DNA of 53,476 nt from a virus (taxonomy: Duplodnaviria; Caudoviricetes). The translations under genes and the position numbers were made by a program. This document shows positions 1 through 9,285 of this stretch, in pieces. Position 1 is the first letter of the stretch; each line of letters begins with the position of its first letter. Below the pieces are notes generated by a model that was not told the origin of the DNA, ran no database searches, and saw only the letters and a list, made by a program, of their open reading frames with translations. The stretch is taken from IMG/VR virus record IMGVR_UViG_3300048574_000531, positions 1 to 53,476 of that record. One strand, written 5' to 3'.

Positions 1-483
1 ATGATTACTCAAGAACGCCTCAAGCGCTGGCTGAAGTACAACCAGATAACCGGCGTGTTTACTTGGATCGAGCAACGGCAACATATAAAGGCCGGCTCAG
101 TGGCTGGCAGCGTCAAGAAGTCGGGCTACATCGAGATCAAGCTTGATGGTGTCAGCTACCAAGCTCACCGCTTGGCGTGGTTGTACGTCTATGGCGAGAT
201 GCCAAGCTCATGCATCGATCACATCGACATGGACAAGACAAACAACCGCTTTCGTAACCTGCGCCAAGCCACGGCAGCCGAGAACCTGCGGAACAGGAAG
301 GCACGCAAGGATTCAGCAACCGGGCAAAAGGGCGTCTATGCTGCCGCCAACCGATTCAAGGCACAGATCACGGTAGACGGGAAGCGGATTCACCTTGGCT
401 GCTATGCTACAAAGGAAGAGGCAGCGGAGGCCTATGCCAAAGGCGCAGCTGAACATCATGGTCAGTTTGCTAGATCAGCATGA
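1..483 (+). CDS. HNH homing endonuclease with AP2-like C-terminal DNA-binding domain
   Basis: AHRLAWLYVYG...IDHIDMDKTNNRFRNLR HNH_3 motif followed by KGVY...FKAQITVDGKRIHLG...EEAAEAY. Confidence 0.9.
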   Translation: MITQERLKRWLKYNQITGVFTWIEQRQHIKAGSVAGSVKKSGYIEIKLDGVSYQAHRLAWLYVYGEMPSSCIDHIDMDKTNNRFRNLRQATAAENLRNRKARKDSATGQKGVYAAANRFKAQITVDGKRIHLGCYATKEEAAEAYAKGAAEHHGQFARSA

Positions 484-526
484 CCGGCTCCACCAAACAA
501 GCCCCGAAACATGGGGCCTCTAGCGG

Positions 527-598
527 AAAAGGTTGTTGAAAGTTGCTGAAAATATGTCCCGGTTAGTCCCGGTTTCAGCAACATTTCAGCAACCTTTT
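527..598. repeat. Long imperfect inverted repeat built from GTTG(C/T)TGAAA units
   Basis: aaaaggttgttgaaagttgctgaaa (527-551) versus tttcagcaacatttcagcaacctttt (573-598); one mismatch and one bulge. Confidence 0.85.
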
Positions 599-717
599 TT
601 GTTTCCCCTCTCAGCCCGTCCTGGGCAATTCAAATCCACCATATGTGATAAACCCCGCATGTCGCGGGCCAGGCTTTGGCTATGATTCGGCAACCACACA
701 TGCAAGGAGGCATAGCT

Positions 718-924
718 ATGGCGCTCGTACTCTCTCGCCGCGTCGGCGAGGAAATTCAGCTCTCAATCGATCCGAACATCAGTCCAGAGCAGATGCGCGA
801 ATTGATCAGGGAGGGCATCACGTTGCGGGTCGGCAGCATCGAATCCAATCAGGTCAAGATCTCACTGCGAGCAAGCCAGGGCGTTCACATCGTCCGCACT
901 GAACTACTGGCTGATCGGCTATAG
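718..924 (+). CDS. csrA: CsrA/Rsm-family RNA-binding protein, RsmN(RsmF)-like
   Basis: MALVLSRRVGEEI...GITLRVGSIESNQVKISLRASQGVHIVRTEL matches the CsrA pattern with an extra internal helix; RBS AAGGAGG at 704-710. Confidence 0.88.
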   Translation: MALVLSRRVGEEIQLSIDPNISPEQMRELIREGITLRVGSIESNQVKISLRASQGVHIVRTELLADRL

Positions 925-1268
925 CGGGATGCCCCGCCTGCCCTGACGCCTGCCCACATGATCCACGCACGCCAGCGGGCAATGCCACTTGAGCGCAATG
1001 CGTTGCGGAACACGCGGTCAGCGTCCAATCGGGGCAACGCGCCAGTCGTGTAAATATGATCGTGCAGCACGGCAGCGGCATGGCCATATGCGCCCAGCAG
1101 CGCGTATGTCAGCGGCAGCCTTGGCACGCTGGCGAAGTCGGTCTCGAACCCGGCCGGCACGTCTATCGGGCCGCAGTCCGGGTCGAGGTAGGAGAATGCA
1201 GACAGCAGCCGCCAGGTGCTGCGGTCGTGCTGCAACTCAACTTGCAGCTTCAGTGGGAACCGATCCAT
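885..1268 (-). CDS. DUF1353-family protein
   Basis: IDVPAGFETDFASVPR...AAVLHDHIY...ADRVF motif; start taken at MDRFPL. Confidence 0.85.
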   Translation of the reverse strand: MDRFPLKLQVELQHDRSTWRLLSAFSYLDPDCGPIDVPAGFETDFASVPRLPLTYALLGAYGHAAAVLHDHIYTTGALPRLDADRVFRNALRSSGIARWRAWIMWAGVRAGGASRYSRSASSSVRTM

Positions 1269-1647
1269 TCGGCCAGCCCTCATCGAGCATGGTTTCGGAA
1301 AACGTACCGGCATCAAGCGCGGCCAGCAGTTCCGCTTCCCGGTCAAAGCAGGCTTGAACGTGCGCACGCAAAGTCGTGGCCACGCCGATCAGCGTCTGCG
1401 CGTCGAGTTGCACGAACCCAGTTGCAGTCTTCCAGTTGCAGACATACGTCGAGTCGATAAAGGCGTTCAGTGCGGCACCAGTGATCAGTGCCTGGCTGTC
1501 GCGCCCCGTGTCGATCTGTACGCCTGAAACGGTAATCCCGCCTGTTTCGGCGACATACCTCCGCGCCGCGATTGCAGCGATCTGCGCTGTTTTCGCCGTT
1601 GCCGCTTTGTCCTCAGCGGTTACCAGTTGGCTCCAGTCGATAGTCAT
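1237..1647 (-). CDS. DUF4376-like tail fibre-associated protein
   Basis: IDWSQLVT...RYVAETGGITVSG.QIDTGRDSQALI...WKT..GFVQLD; lies downstream of the tail fibre. Confidence 0.8.
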   Translation of the reverse strand: MTIDWSQLVTAEDKAATAKTAQIAAIAARRYVAETGGITVSGVQIDTGRDSQALITGAALNAFIDSTYVCNWKTATGFVQLDAQTLIGVATTLRAHVQACFDREAELLAALDAGTFSETMLDEGWPNGSVPTEAAS

Positions 1648-1970
1648 GCGGACATCTCCTCGGTCAACTCAGGCTCTGCATCGAACGGCAGCGGCACTTC
1701 GCCATCCTCGGTCACAGTGATCGGCTCCGGGAATGCGACCGCAGGCGATGGATTCGGGCCGTGCGGCAGTATTAGCGTCAGTTCCAGTTCGCCGTCGGTG
1801 CGCGTGATATCTCCGATCAGCCATGGGCAGTCTGTTGCGCTCGCAGGGAGCGTTTCGCCTTCGCCTAACTGAGTGAACCCGTACTTCGTGCCGTTGATCG
1901 TCAGCACATCACCGTATTTAAGTACACGCAGAGAGTCATCACGACGTTGTGGCAAAAGATTGATTTTCAT
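1644..1970 (-). CDS. Tail fibre assembly/accessory protein
   Basis: MKINLLPQRRDD...GDVLTINGTKY...LTLILPHG type typical after Pseudomonas phage fibres; translationally coupled. Confidence 0.7.
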   Translation of the reverse strand: MKINLLPQRRDDSLRVLKYGDVLTINGTKYGFTQLGEGETLPASATDCPWLIGDITRTDGELELTLILPHGPNPSPAVAFPEPITVTEDGEVPLPFDAEPELTEEMSA

Positions 1971-2887
1971 TAGAACCACCTTCCTACCGCGAATTCCATA
2001 CCTAGATAAACATTCGTATAGGTATTGGCCAAAGAGACTCGGTAAATTCCCACCTGAGTGCTTGATATGCCGTTAGCGTTACTAATACAAAACGTTGATA
2101 CATCGTTATTGGGGGCAACTGACCGCATAGATGAAGCGAACGCGATATTTGCATCTACAAATGCAGAGGGAAATACCCAGGTCTCAACAAGATAATAGAA
2201 TGACAATGCACCTTCTGTACGCGCAGTATAAGTACCCGAACCCAGTGTTCCACTGGTACGGTTACGCCAGCATATCTGTGTTCCATTGGCGAACCTCACA
2301 TATAGCCCGTTCGCATTACTTCCACTTTCGATTATCGCCCCAGTAGGAACGCCGCCTGACTGCGAGACAGTGCCAAGAATAGAATCCATGGAATACAGCG
2401 AACCCGTACTCCCCAAGGCTGCCCGAGTCGCGGCCGTGCCAAGTCCCAGCGTCGTCCGTGCCGCTGCCGCATCAGCGTCATCGAGCAGCGTACGGGCGAA
2501 TGCCGTTAATGCGGTAGTTGCGACCGCATCTGCTTCGGTGGCGTAGATCATCTGATTGGCTGCCAGGGTCAAATTGGCAAGCGCGGTGAGAGTGGCATCG
2601 AGTGGCTGGGCGCCTAAAGTTGTGCGCGCCGCAGCAGCATCAGCATCGTCTAGTAGCGTCCGGGCAAACGCCGTGAGTGTCGCCAGGCTCATGGCGCCGG
2701 CGCCTGTGAAATACGGGGCCTTGTCGGCAGCGCCTGATAATCCGTTCAGCGCTGCCGAGTTTGCAGCACTTCCGCCTGCTCCGTATAACTCCGTAAAGTT
2801 TGCTTGCACCTTCTGGAAAGCCGCTCTCGCGCTATCGCCATCAAGGGCGGCGGGAGGGGTGCCGAGATTAATGTGCTGTTGTGCCAT
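1970..2887 (-). CDS. Side tail fibre protein
   Basis: N-terminal INLGT...GDSARAAFQKVQANF anchor, duplicated LTAFARTLLDDADAAAARTTLG, C-terminal GAIIESGSNANG.YVRFANGTQIC...AVGRWF. Confidence 0.85.
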   Translation of the reverse strand: MAQQHINLGTPPAALDGDSARAAFQKVQANFTELYGAGGSAANSAALNGLSGAADKAPYFTGAGAMSLATLTAFARTLLDDADAAAARTTLGAQPLDATLTALANLTLAANQMIYATEADAVATTALTAFARTLLDDADAAAARTTLGLGTAATRAALGSTGSLYSMDSILGTVSQSGGVPTGAIIESGSNANGLYVRFANGTQICWRNRTSGTLGSGTYTARTEGALSFYYLVETWVFPSAFVDANIAFASSMRSVAPNNDVSTFCISNANGISSTQVGIYRVSLANTYTNVYLGMEFAVGRWF

Positions 2888-2935
2888 GCGGGGCAGCTCC
2901 GGTGGGTAGTGGGGGCGGATGTTAGCACAGGGCTT

Positions 2936-3631
2936 TTAAGCTAGCCCGGTTACATCAGCCAGGATCAAATAGGGGGCGGGGCCAGCCTGAGCATAAACCC
3001 CGTCCACGACTAGACTCCCGTCACTACTGGACGTGGGGTCGAAACTGATAGTTGCTGCCGGAACAGGTCCGCTCGCCACGCTCCCTGGGATGTTATAAGC
3101 CTCAAAATACAGTGTATAAAAAGCATCTAAAACATCTGCCATAACGCGACTACTGGTTAAAACACCTGCATAAGTTCGTCCCGATTGAAGGGGCTCGGTA
3201 TAGGGTATTTTAACAATATCTGCCACTGAATAGGACGGGCTAGTCATAGACCTATAAATGCCCGCAATAATTAAGGGGCTTTGATTACTATTGAAGGTTA
3301 AAACTCCAGCGGTGTCGAACAACTGTAAACCGCACCCCCCCCCGCTAGTCATTTTATCAAAAATATAAAACTCTAGAGTGACAGACGCGTAAGTTCCAGG
3401 CGAGTTATAGTAAAAGGTTTTAGAAGTTCCCGAGACTATTGCGCCCACCAGCTTAATACTCGGACCTCTAACAAAAACTAAAGGCTGTACCGCATTAAGC
3501 ACGGTTATCACAAACATCGAGGTGCCGGTTCTAGTTTGCGTTATCTTTTCTTTAAATCCAAAGTTCGACAAGTCCGCGTCGAATTGTAGGCGCCCATCGG
3601 GGTAAAAGGACTGAAAACCGCTATCCATCAA
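2936..3631 (-). CDS. Tail-tip accessory protein (AT-rich)
   Basis: GFQSFYPDGRLQFD and GLQLFDTAGVLTFNS repeats; position directly after J. Confidence 0.65.
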   Translation of the reverse strand: MMDSGFQSFYPDGRLQFDADLSNFGFKEKITQTRTGTSMFVITVLNAVQPLVFVRGPSIKLVGAIVSGTSKTFYYNSPGTYASVTLEFYIFDKMTSGGGCGLQLFDTAGVLTFNSNQSPLIIAGIYRSMTSPSYSVADIVKIPYTEPLQSGRTYAGVLTSSRVMADVLDAFYTLYFEAYNIPGSVASGPVPAATISFDPTSSSDGSLVVDGVYAQAGPAPYLILADVTGLA

Positions 3632-3942
3632 TAAATGCCATATAAGAGGGTCGCCGGGACGGGCTGTTGTCCAGCATAGACCGAATTAAAAAAATGATAT
3701 TCCCAAGTTATGTGATCCGCGTAGATGGTCACCATCGGCGCGAAGTTATTCACATCTAAGCTTGCACCACTCGGTAGCACCATGCAAAACGGAATGCCTT
3801 CGGTTAGCCGAGAGTCGTTAATACTTCCAGTCGGATTGGAGCTATATGCCACTGCCACCGTGCCGAGAAACTTTGCGTAATTCCGCGTCGTATCGAACAC
3901 CGAGTTCCCAAGCTTATCGAATATCTGTAAACCAGAAGGCAT
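3628..3942 (-). CDS. Small tail-tip accessory protein
   Basis: MPSGLQIFDKLGNSVFD...LLYGIY family found downstream of J. Confidence 0.7.
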   Translation of the reverse strand: MPSGLQIFDKLGNSVFDTTRNYAKFLGTVAVAYSSNPTGSINDSRLTEGIPFCMVLPSGASLDVNNFAPMVTIYADHITWEYHFFNSVYAGQQPVPATLLYGIY

Positions 3943-3943
3943 G

Positions 3944-6900
3944 TTAGCTCCATATCCCGAGACGAACTGCTAGGCCACCGCCCTCGGATGACGAGTAGTA
4001 AACCTGTAAAAGCTCATTGTTGAGAGTTAGCCGGCCACCGCCTGCGACAGTGCCGTTTATTTCAATGCCACCCGCTTTGGTAAGTCGCCACCCGCTTACA
4101 TTCGGAACATAATTATCAGACTGCAAAGTGTCCGTTATTTTCGCGAAGTTGATCGACGCGTCGCCGATCACTGCGTTATTGATGATCGTCTGTCCACCCT
4201 GAACCACGAAGGGCGATACCGGAGTTCCATTGATTGAATTAAGGATGGCGAAACGGTCAGCGACGAATAGAACTTGCGACTGCATGCCGCTGGGTGTGTT
4301 CTCTATCCCAATCCCCATACCTGCGGCGTAGTATTTGCCATTCGAGTCTATGCCGAGCTTGATGCTGTACATGGTTGACAGCTCGCCATCTAGGCTCGCA
4401 ACTGCATCCGCTGCGACCTCAATCGCCGCAGAGTTGTCGCCTACGGTTGCGGTCAGCGTGGTGATCTGTTCGGCTAGCGCCCCGTCTGCATCCGCGCGCG
4501 CAGTGGCTTCTTCTTGAATTGCGGCCTGAATGCCGTCCCCTATCTCGGCCTCGATTACATCGATTCGTTGCGCCAGGGCCTCATCGCCATCTGCAAAGGC
4601 GGTATAGACGGACCAGACACCGGCCTGTATCACGGTTGTACCCGCCTGCCAGTCCGTGGCGCCAGCCATGGCCGGATAAACCTGGGCGTATACGCCATCG
4701 ACGCGAGTGGACAGGGCTGTCATTTCGCCCTCGACCTCGCCCACTGCCGTCTCGACATCATCGACCCGGACGGCCAGGGCGGTAACCAGTTCGCCCAACG
4801 AGGAGTAGTCGCCGACGTTTTCCCAATAGGCTGTATCGGTAGTCGGAGTCCCGGCCGGAACGTCCTGCACAGCCCTGAACAGGCTGCCATCGAACTTGAC
4901 TAGCGAGCCCTCAAGATAGGCTGTTCCGGAGTCCCAATCCGACGCGCCCACAATGTCAGCCACTTGAGCCGCCAAGGAGGTTATTTGCACCCCTAGCGCG
5001 TCAGCAGCGGTATCAATGCGCTCGTTGACTGAGCCTGTGCCGTCGCCGCTGATTTTTTCTATTTCCGCCAACAACCCGGAGCCCAGTTGGGTTTCGGTGA
5101 TCTGGCCGGTGATGTAGTCGAGGATGGCGGATGCATCCGCACTGGACTGACCTTGCACCCAGTCCGACCAGGGGCCGATGTTGCCGGATCGATCCACCAG
5201 CCGCCCCCGGAACCAGAACGACACGCCCGCAGCCAGGCCCGTCAGCGTATGGGTGCCGGTCGGATAGGAGAACTGCCCCAGCGATAAAGCGGCTTCCTCG
5301 CTCTGCGTCGATCCGTACTGAATATCGGTGTAGGCAGTATCTGCCGCGCCCTCTGCCGGGAACCCCCACCTGACGGTTATACCGAATATCTCAGGCGTTG
5401 CTGTCAGATACGCCAGAGCCGGGGGCGGTGTTGTTTTCCCTTCCAGCGTGGTCTGGTCTGAGGTGCGCCAGATCGATGCGATCTCCATCGCGCTGATAGC
5501 CCGCACACGCGCCAGGTATTGCCCGGCATAGATGCCTGTCACATCGACGCCCAGCGTGCCGGTACGGGGCAGCCTGATCCAATTGCCGTCGTCTTTTTTC
5601 CACTCAACCTCGTAGGCCACGGCATTGCTGACGGCCGGCCAGGTGATCGTCATGGTGGTGACGGCAATACCCTGGGATACCGCGCTGAACGTGCTCAGGG
5701 CAATGCTTGCTGGCGGGTCGATAACACCTGTTGGCAACACCGAGATAGGCCGGGTCTCCAGCTTGGCCCCCGTGTCGATGGCTGCGAACTTCGACGGCTC
5801 ATATTGCAGCGCAGTGATCTCGAAGACGCCCTTCTCCGGCCTCGAAACCTTCATCACGCGGTAAAGCGGAACGGCAAGTTCGTCCGCGTCGAGCGCCCAT
5901 ATCAGTTCACGCTCCGGCGTCTCGCTGTAGGCCGTGGTCACTGTGACCGAGCGGCCGGATACTGACTGTACCGTGCGCCCCTCGCACTTCCCGCTGGGCA
6001 GGTTGAGGATAAGCCGATCTCCAGCCTTGGCCATGGTGTCGCGATCGAGCGTGATGGTGTTGCCCGCTACGGCGCTGATACGCCCCCCTACCTCGCGCCC
6101 AGCCAGCAGCGAGTCAGCGATAGGGATGATGTAGCCAGGCAGCGGAATGGCACCATCCATGCCGACCTTGAACGTTACGGTGCGGTCCTGGCTGTTGGTC
6201 AGCAGCGCCCATTTCCCGCGCCGCTGCGCCTCGCTTTCGCGGGTGCAGCCAATGGCGCTGATTTCTACCGGGTTATCCCCATAGCGCAGCTGCAGGCGCT
6301 TGTCGGTGCTGACTGCAACGTCAGTGTCGTAGTTGTTCGACGGGTTGTCATAGCTCACCAGAGCTCGGCTGTAGCGCGTGCGCTCGCTGGCCGAACCGTA
6401 GGAAAACTTGCCGTCGATGACGTTAGCGCGGGTATAGGCGAAATCGAAATCCGTGGCGCGCGGGATATCGGCCTGCACCTTGAGCTGGCCCTGCGCCCAG
6501 TACGTCATACCTCGATAGATCGCGGAAATATCGCGCATCAGTTCCCATGCGCCCACGCGGCTCTGCAAATTGATATTGCAGATGTGTCGCGGCTCCTGGC
6601 CGCCCTTCCCGTCTGGCACCAGTTGGTCGCAATATTGAGCGATGCGGTACATTTCCCAGCGGTCAACCATCCACGACTTGATGCGCCGGCCTACCCCAAA
6701 GCGGTCGTTTACGGCGATATCGTAGGTGAGCCAGACCGGGTTATCGGTCCAAGCCTGCACCATGGTTCCGTCCCACACTCCGGTATAGGCGCGGGTAGTT
6801 GGATCGTAATTACTCGGCACCTGCACACGCCTGGCACGGCATTCAACAGTCACGGCAGGAATGTTGCTGAACTGCTCGGCGCTGAACTCGATATAGAGCA

Positions 6901-7585
6901 GCGCTGTGTTCGGATAGCGCAGCTTGGCGTCGATCACCTCTGTGAAACCGGCAATGATCATCGTGTCGGCGATGCGGTTGCTGTTTTGATTCGCTGTCAG
7001 CCGGCGAACCCGAATCTGCCATCCGGTGGTGGCCTCCGGCAGGTCGATACGACGCGACCGCTCGTAGCGGGTAGTGGTCTTGCCGTTGACCGACTCGTTC
7101 AGCACCTCAACGTATGATCCGCCGTCCGTGGCCACATCCACCGCATATTGGATGGCATAGCCCACCACGTCACCATCATCCTCTTGGCGCTGGAGCGCTG
7201 GCCATGCGAAACGAACCCGCACGGCGGACAGTTGAGTATTGCTGACTGACCTGACCCAGGCATTCGAGCTGGTCAACTCGACGTTGACGGTCGTTTCGTT
7301 CTCGACCGATGGAATACCAGGGATGTACGTCTGATCGATAGAGCCCGGGCGCCAGTCCCAGGTCACGCCTTCGAAGTTCAGCCCGCCATCCGCATTGGCC
7401 AGAGGAGTGTTGTCGAGGTAGATGTTCTGAGCGGTTGGCGTCTGGTCGAATTCGCCCTCGCCCACGGCAATCAGGATCTTGGCCTTGGCTACGCTTTGCA
7501 GGCTATCCGGCGACTCTACGGGGGTCTTGGCATTGCTCTCGCCGCCTTTGCGGCCAGCAAGGTCAAAAGGTATTGCAGCGCCCAT
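3944..7585 (-). CDS. Tail tip/host specificity protein J
   Basis: 1213 aa; PDSLQS, WTDNPVW, GCTRESEAQRRGKW, FnIII-like region, C-terminal FVADRFAI...PFVVQGGQ. Confidence 0.95.
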   Translation of the reverse strand: MGAAIPFDLAGRKGGESNAKTPVESPDSLQSVAKAKILIAVGEGEFDQTPTAQNIYLDNTPLANADGGLNFEGVTWDWRPGSIDQTYIPGIPSVENETTVNVELTSSNAWVRSVSNTQLSAVRVRFAWPALQRQEDDGDVVGYAIQYAVDVATDGGSYVEVLNESVNGKTTTRYERSRRIDLPEATTGWQIRVRRLTANQNSNRIADTMIIAGFTEVIDAKLRYPNTALLYIEFSAEQFSNIPAVTVECRARRVQVPSNYDPTTRAYTGVWDGTMVQAWTDNPVWLTYDIAVNDRFGVGRRIKSWMVDRWEMYRIAQYCDQLVPDGKGGQEPRHICNINLQSRVGAWELMRDISAIYRGMTYWAQGQLKVQADIPRATDFDFAYTRANVIDGKFSYGSASERTRYSRALVSYDNPSNNYDTDVAVSTDKRLQLRYGDNPVEISAIGCTRESEAQRRGKWALLTNSQDRTVTFKVGMDGAIPLPGYIIPIADSLLAGREVGGRISAVAGNTITLDRDTMAKAGDRLILNLPSGKCEGRTVQSVSGRSVTVTTAYSETPERELIWALDADELAVPLYRVMKVSRPEKGVFEITALQYEPSKFAAIDTGAKLETRPISVLPTGVIDPPASIALSTFSAVSQGIAVTTMTITWPAVSNAVAYEVEWKKDDGNWIRLPRTGTLGVDVTGIYAGQYLARVRAISAMEIASIWRTSDQTTLEGKTTPPPALAYLTATPEIFGITVRWGFPAEGAADTAYTDIQYGSTQSEEAALSLGQFSYPTGTHTLTGLAAGVSFWFRGRLVDRSGNIGPWSDWVQGQSSADASAILDYITGQITETQLGSGLLAEIEKISGDGTGSVNERIDTAADALGVQITSLAAQVADIVGASDWDSGTAYLEGSLVKFDGSLFRAVQDVPAGTPTTDTAYWENVGDYSSLGELVTALAVRVDDVETAVGEVEGEMTALSTRVDGVYAQVYPAMAGATDWQAGTTVIQAGVWSVYTAFADGDEALAQRIDVIEAEIGDGIQAAIQEEATARADADGALAEQITTLTATVGDNSAAIEVAADAVASLDGELSTMYSIKLGIDSNGKYYAAGMGIGIENTPSGMQSQVLFVADRFAILNSINGTPVSPFVVQGGQTIINNAVIGDASINFAKITDTLQSDNYVPNVSGWRLTKAGGIEINGTVAGGGRLTLNNELLQVYYSSSEGGGLAVRLGIWS

Positions 7586-7645
7586 GCGTTACTCCAGGCA
7601 TAAAAAAACCGCCCGATGGCGGCTTGTACGGAGCGTGAATGATGC

Positions 7646-8245
7646 TTAAGCCTTGTCCTCGGCATATATCGACGCCGAAATAATCGCCCCGCCCCACCTG
7701 CGCTTGCCGTAGCAGATCGGCACCGGGTTGCCGGCCGCCGTGGTGTTCTTCGCGCTGCCGAAGGCGTAGGACGGCAGGTTCTCGGGTGCCGCTGATTGCT
7801 TGAGGCCACCAGCCTGGGGGCTGAGCATCTGGATAACACCGCCAGCCGTCATGGCAATACCGAAATTCATGATCGGAGTACCAATCCCATATCCATATAC
7901 GTTGAGCACAGCGCCCACAACGATCAGAACGACTCCGACAATAGTCTGAAGGACCCCGCCACGCTTGCTGCCCCTGATGACCGGGGCGATACGGATCATT
8001 TCTTTGCCGCCGAACTCCAATTCTTTCTCGCCTATATTTCGCTTCCCTCGGAAAACGGCGAACTCCATTCCTCGCAGATGAGCATTGGCTAAGAATTTCT
8101 CCAGGCCCGGAATCTGCACGCATAGAGCTTTAATTGCCTCGGCAGTTGAGTTGACTGATAGGCGGAAATCGCGACCGAACTGGCGTAGCGCGCCATACAG
8201 GCGAATTGTGGTCATTGGGTGGTATTCGAGCACACATGCGGCCAT
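7646..8245 (-). CDS. Tail assembly protein I
   Basis: IRLYGAL..FGR...AEAIKALC; GNPVPICYGKRRWGGAIISA. Confidence 0.93.
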   Translation of the reverse strand: MAACVLEYHPMTTIRLYGALRQFGRDFRLSVNSTAEAIKALCVQIPGLEKFLANAHLRGMEFAVFRGKRNIGEKELEFGGKEMIRIAPVIRGSKRGGVLQTIVGVVLIVVGAVLNVYGYGIGTPIMNFGIAMTAGGVIQMLSPQAGGLKQSAAPENLPSYAFGSAKNTTAAGNPVPICYGKRRWGGAIISASIYAEDKA

Positions 8246-8303
8246 TGCTTTTCTCCATGCATAAAAAAACCGCCTGTATGGCGGCTTGATGAGACGTTCT
8301 CTA

Positions 8304-8720
8304 CTACCTGATTCTGGTCAGCCTTAAACTTCCATCAGACGGGAGAAGAATCCTGTATGCGGTATGGGCCCCAGCCTTAAGATCAGCATCTTGAGACGTG
8401 GCGATATTGGGGCAAAGACCTCCGCCCGTCTCAAGCCTGAAAAAATACGAGCCTGGTGATAGTGATAACTTTACGGTCTCTCCCTGGCGAATCGCAAATG
8501 CCTTCCTATTGTTCACATATAGATCATGGCTACATCCTGAGCCGACGTAACCGCTATCCCGAAAAAACGCCACTTCTGCCTGGTCTGCGCCTGCCATCCC
8601 TACAAGTTCAGGGGCATAGATACGATCTGCCGGGATTGCCTTTGCGGTCTGCTCGGTCACCGGGGTTGTGGAGCACCCTGCCAACATCACTATCATCGCC
8701 ACGCACATCATTATCCGCAT
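8304..8720 (-). CDS. Moron lipoprotein
   Basis: Signal peptide with lipobox LAGC; RBS AGGGAG; followed by a terminator at 8262-8287. Confidence 0.8.
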   Translation of the reverse strand: MRIMMCVAMIVMLAGCSTTPVTEQTAKAIPADRIYAPELVGMAGADQAEVAFFRDSGYVGSGCSHDLYVNNRKAFAIRQGETVKLSLSPGSYFFRLETGGGLCPNIATSQDADLKAGAHTAYRILLPSDGSLRLTRIR

Positions 8721-8797
8721 ATCAGCTCTCCCTGTTTTGCCGGAGTGTATAGCGGCATTGTTTCCGGGGTTGACACTGCGATCGATATTGAAAGAGA

Positions 8798-9190
8798 TCA
8801 AAGGATCTTGATAAGCATCCCGCTAGCTCCAATTTCCCAACCTCCAATGAGTCTGTCGTTACGAATCAGGAACCGATAAGGCTTGGCGCCGACGTATCCG
8901 CCAAAGCTGTTTTTTGCATTTACCGTCACATCTAAAAGAAATCCACCCTCAACCTTTCTGCCCTCAAAAGCGCTGCCAACTACGTATCCTCGATACACAG
9001 TACCGAAGCTATATCGCGCTGAGTCGGGGTCTTTTAGGTAAATACCGAAGAACTCTCTTACCGCCTTTTCCGCATCGACTTGGTAGACGGAAGCTCCATA
9101 ATCGGCGTTGCTGATTTGTTCAGGCGTTGGCTTCGAGGCGCAGCCAGAAAGCAATACGCACAAAAGGAACATCAGTGTCATTGATCGCAT
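8798..9190 (-). CDS. Moron lipoprotein
   Basis: Lipobox LSGC; LKDPDSARY...VNAKNSFGGYVG motif; extended -10 TGgTAGATT upstream (about 9220-9228). Confidence 0.85.
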   Translation of the reverse strand: MRSMTLMFLLCVLLSGCASKPTPEQISNADYGASVYQVDAEKAVREFFGIYLKDPDSARYSFGTVYRGYVVGSAFEGRKVEGGFLLDVTVNAKNSFGGYVGAKPYRFLIRNDRLIGGWEIGASGMLIKIL

Positions 9191-9285
9191 CTAGTACTCT
9201 CCCTGTTTGTGATACCAGCAATCTACCATCACAACGCCAGCGCCGAAACCCAGCGCAAAGCTGGGCTCGGGTTTCGCGCTTTGGA

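Noticed and set aside
1970-2887. Diversity-generating retroelement or invertible fibre cassette
   Set aside because: No reverse transcriptase or invertase in the window; the internal repeat is a structural fibre repeat.
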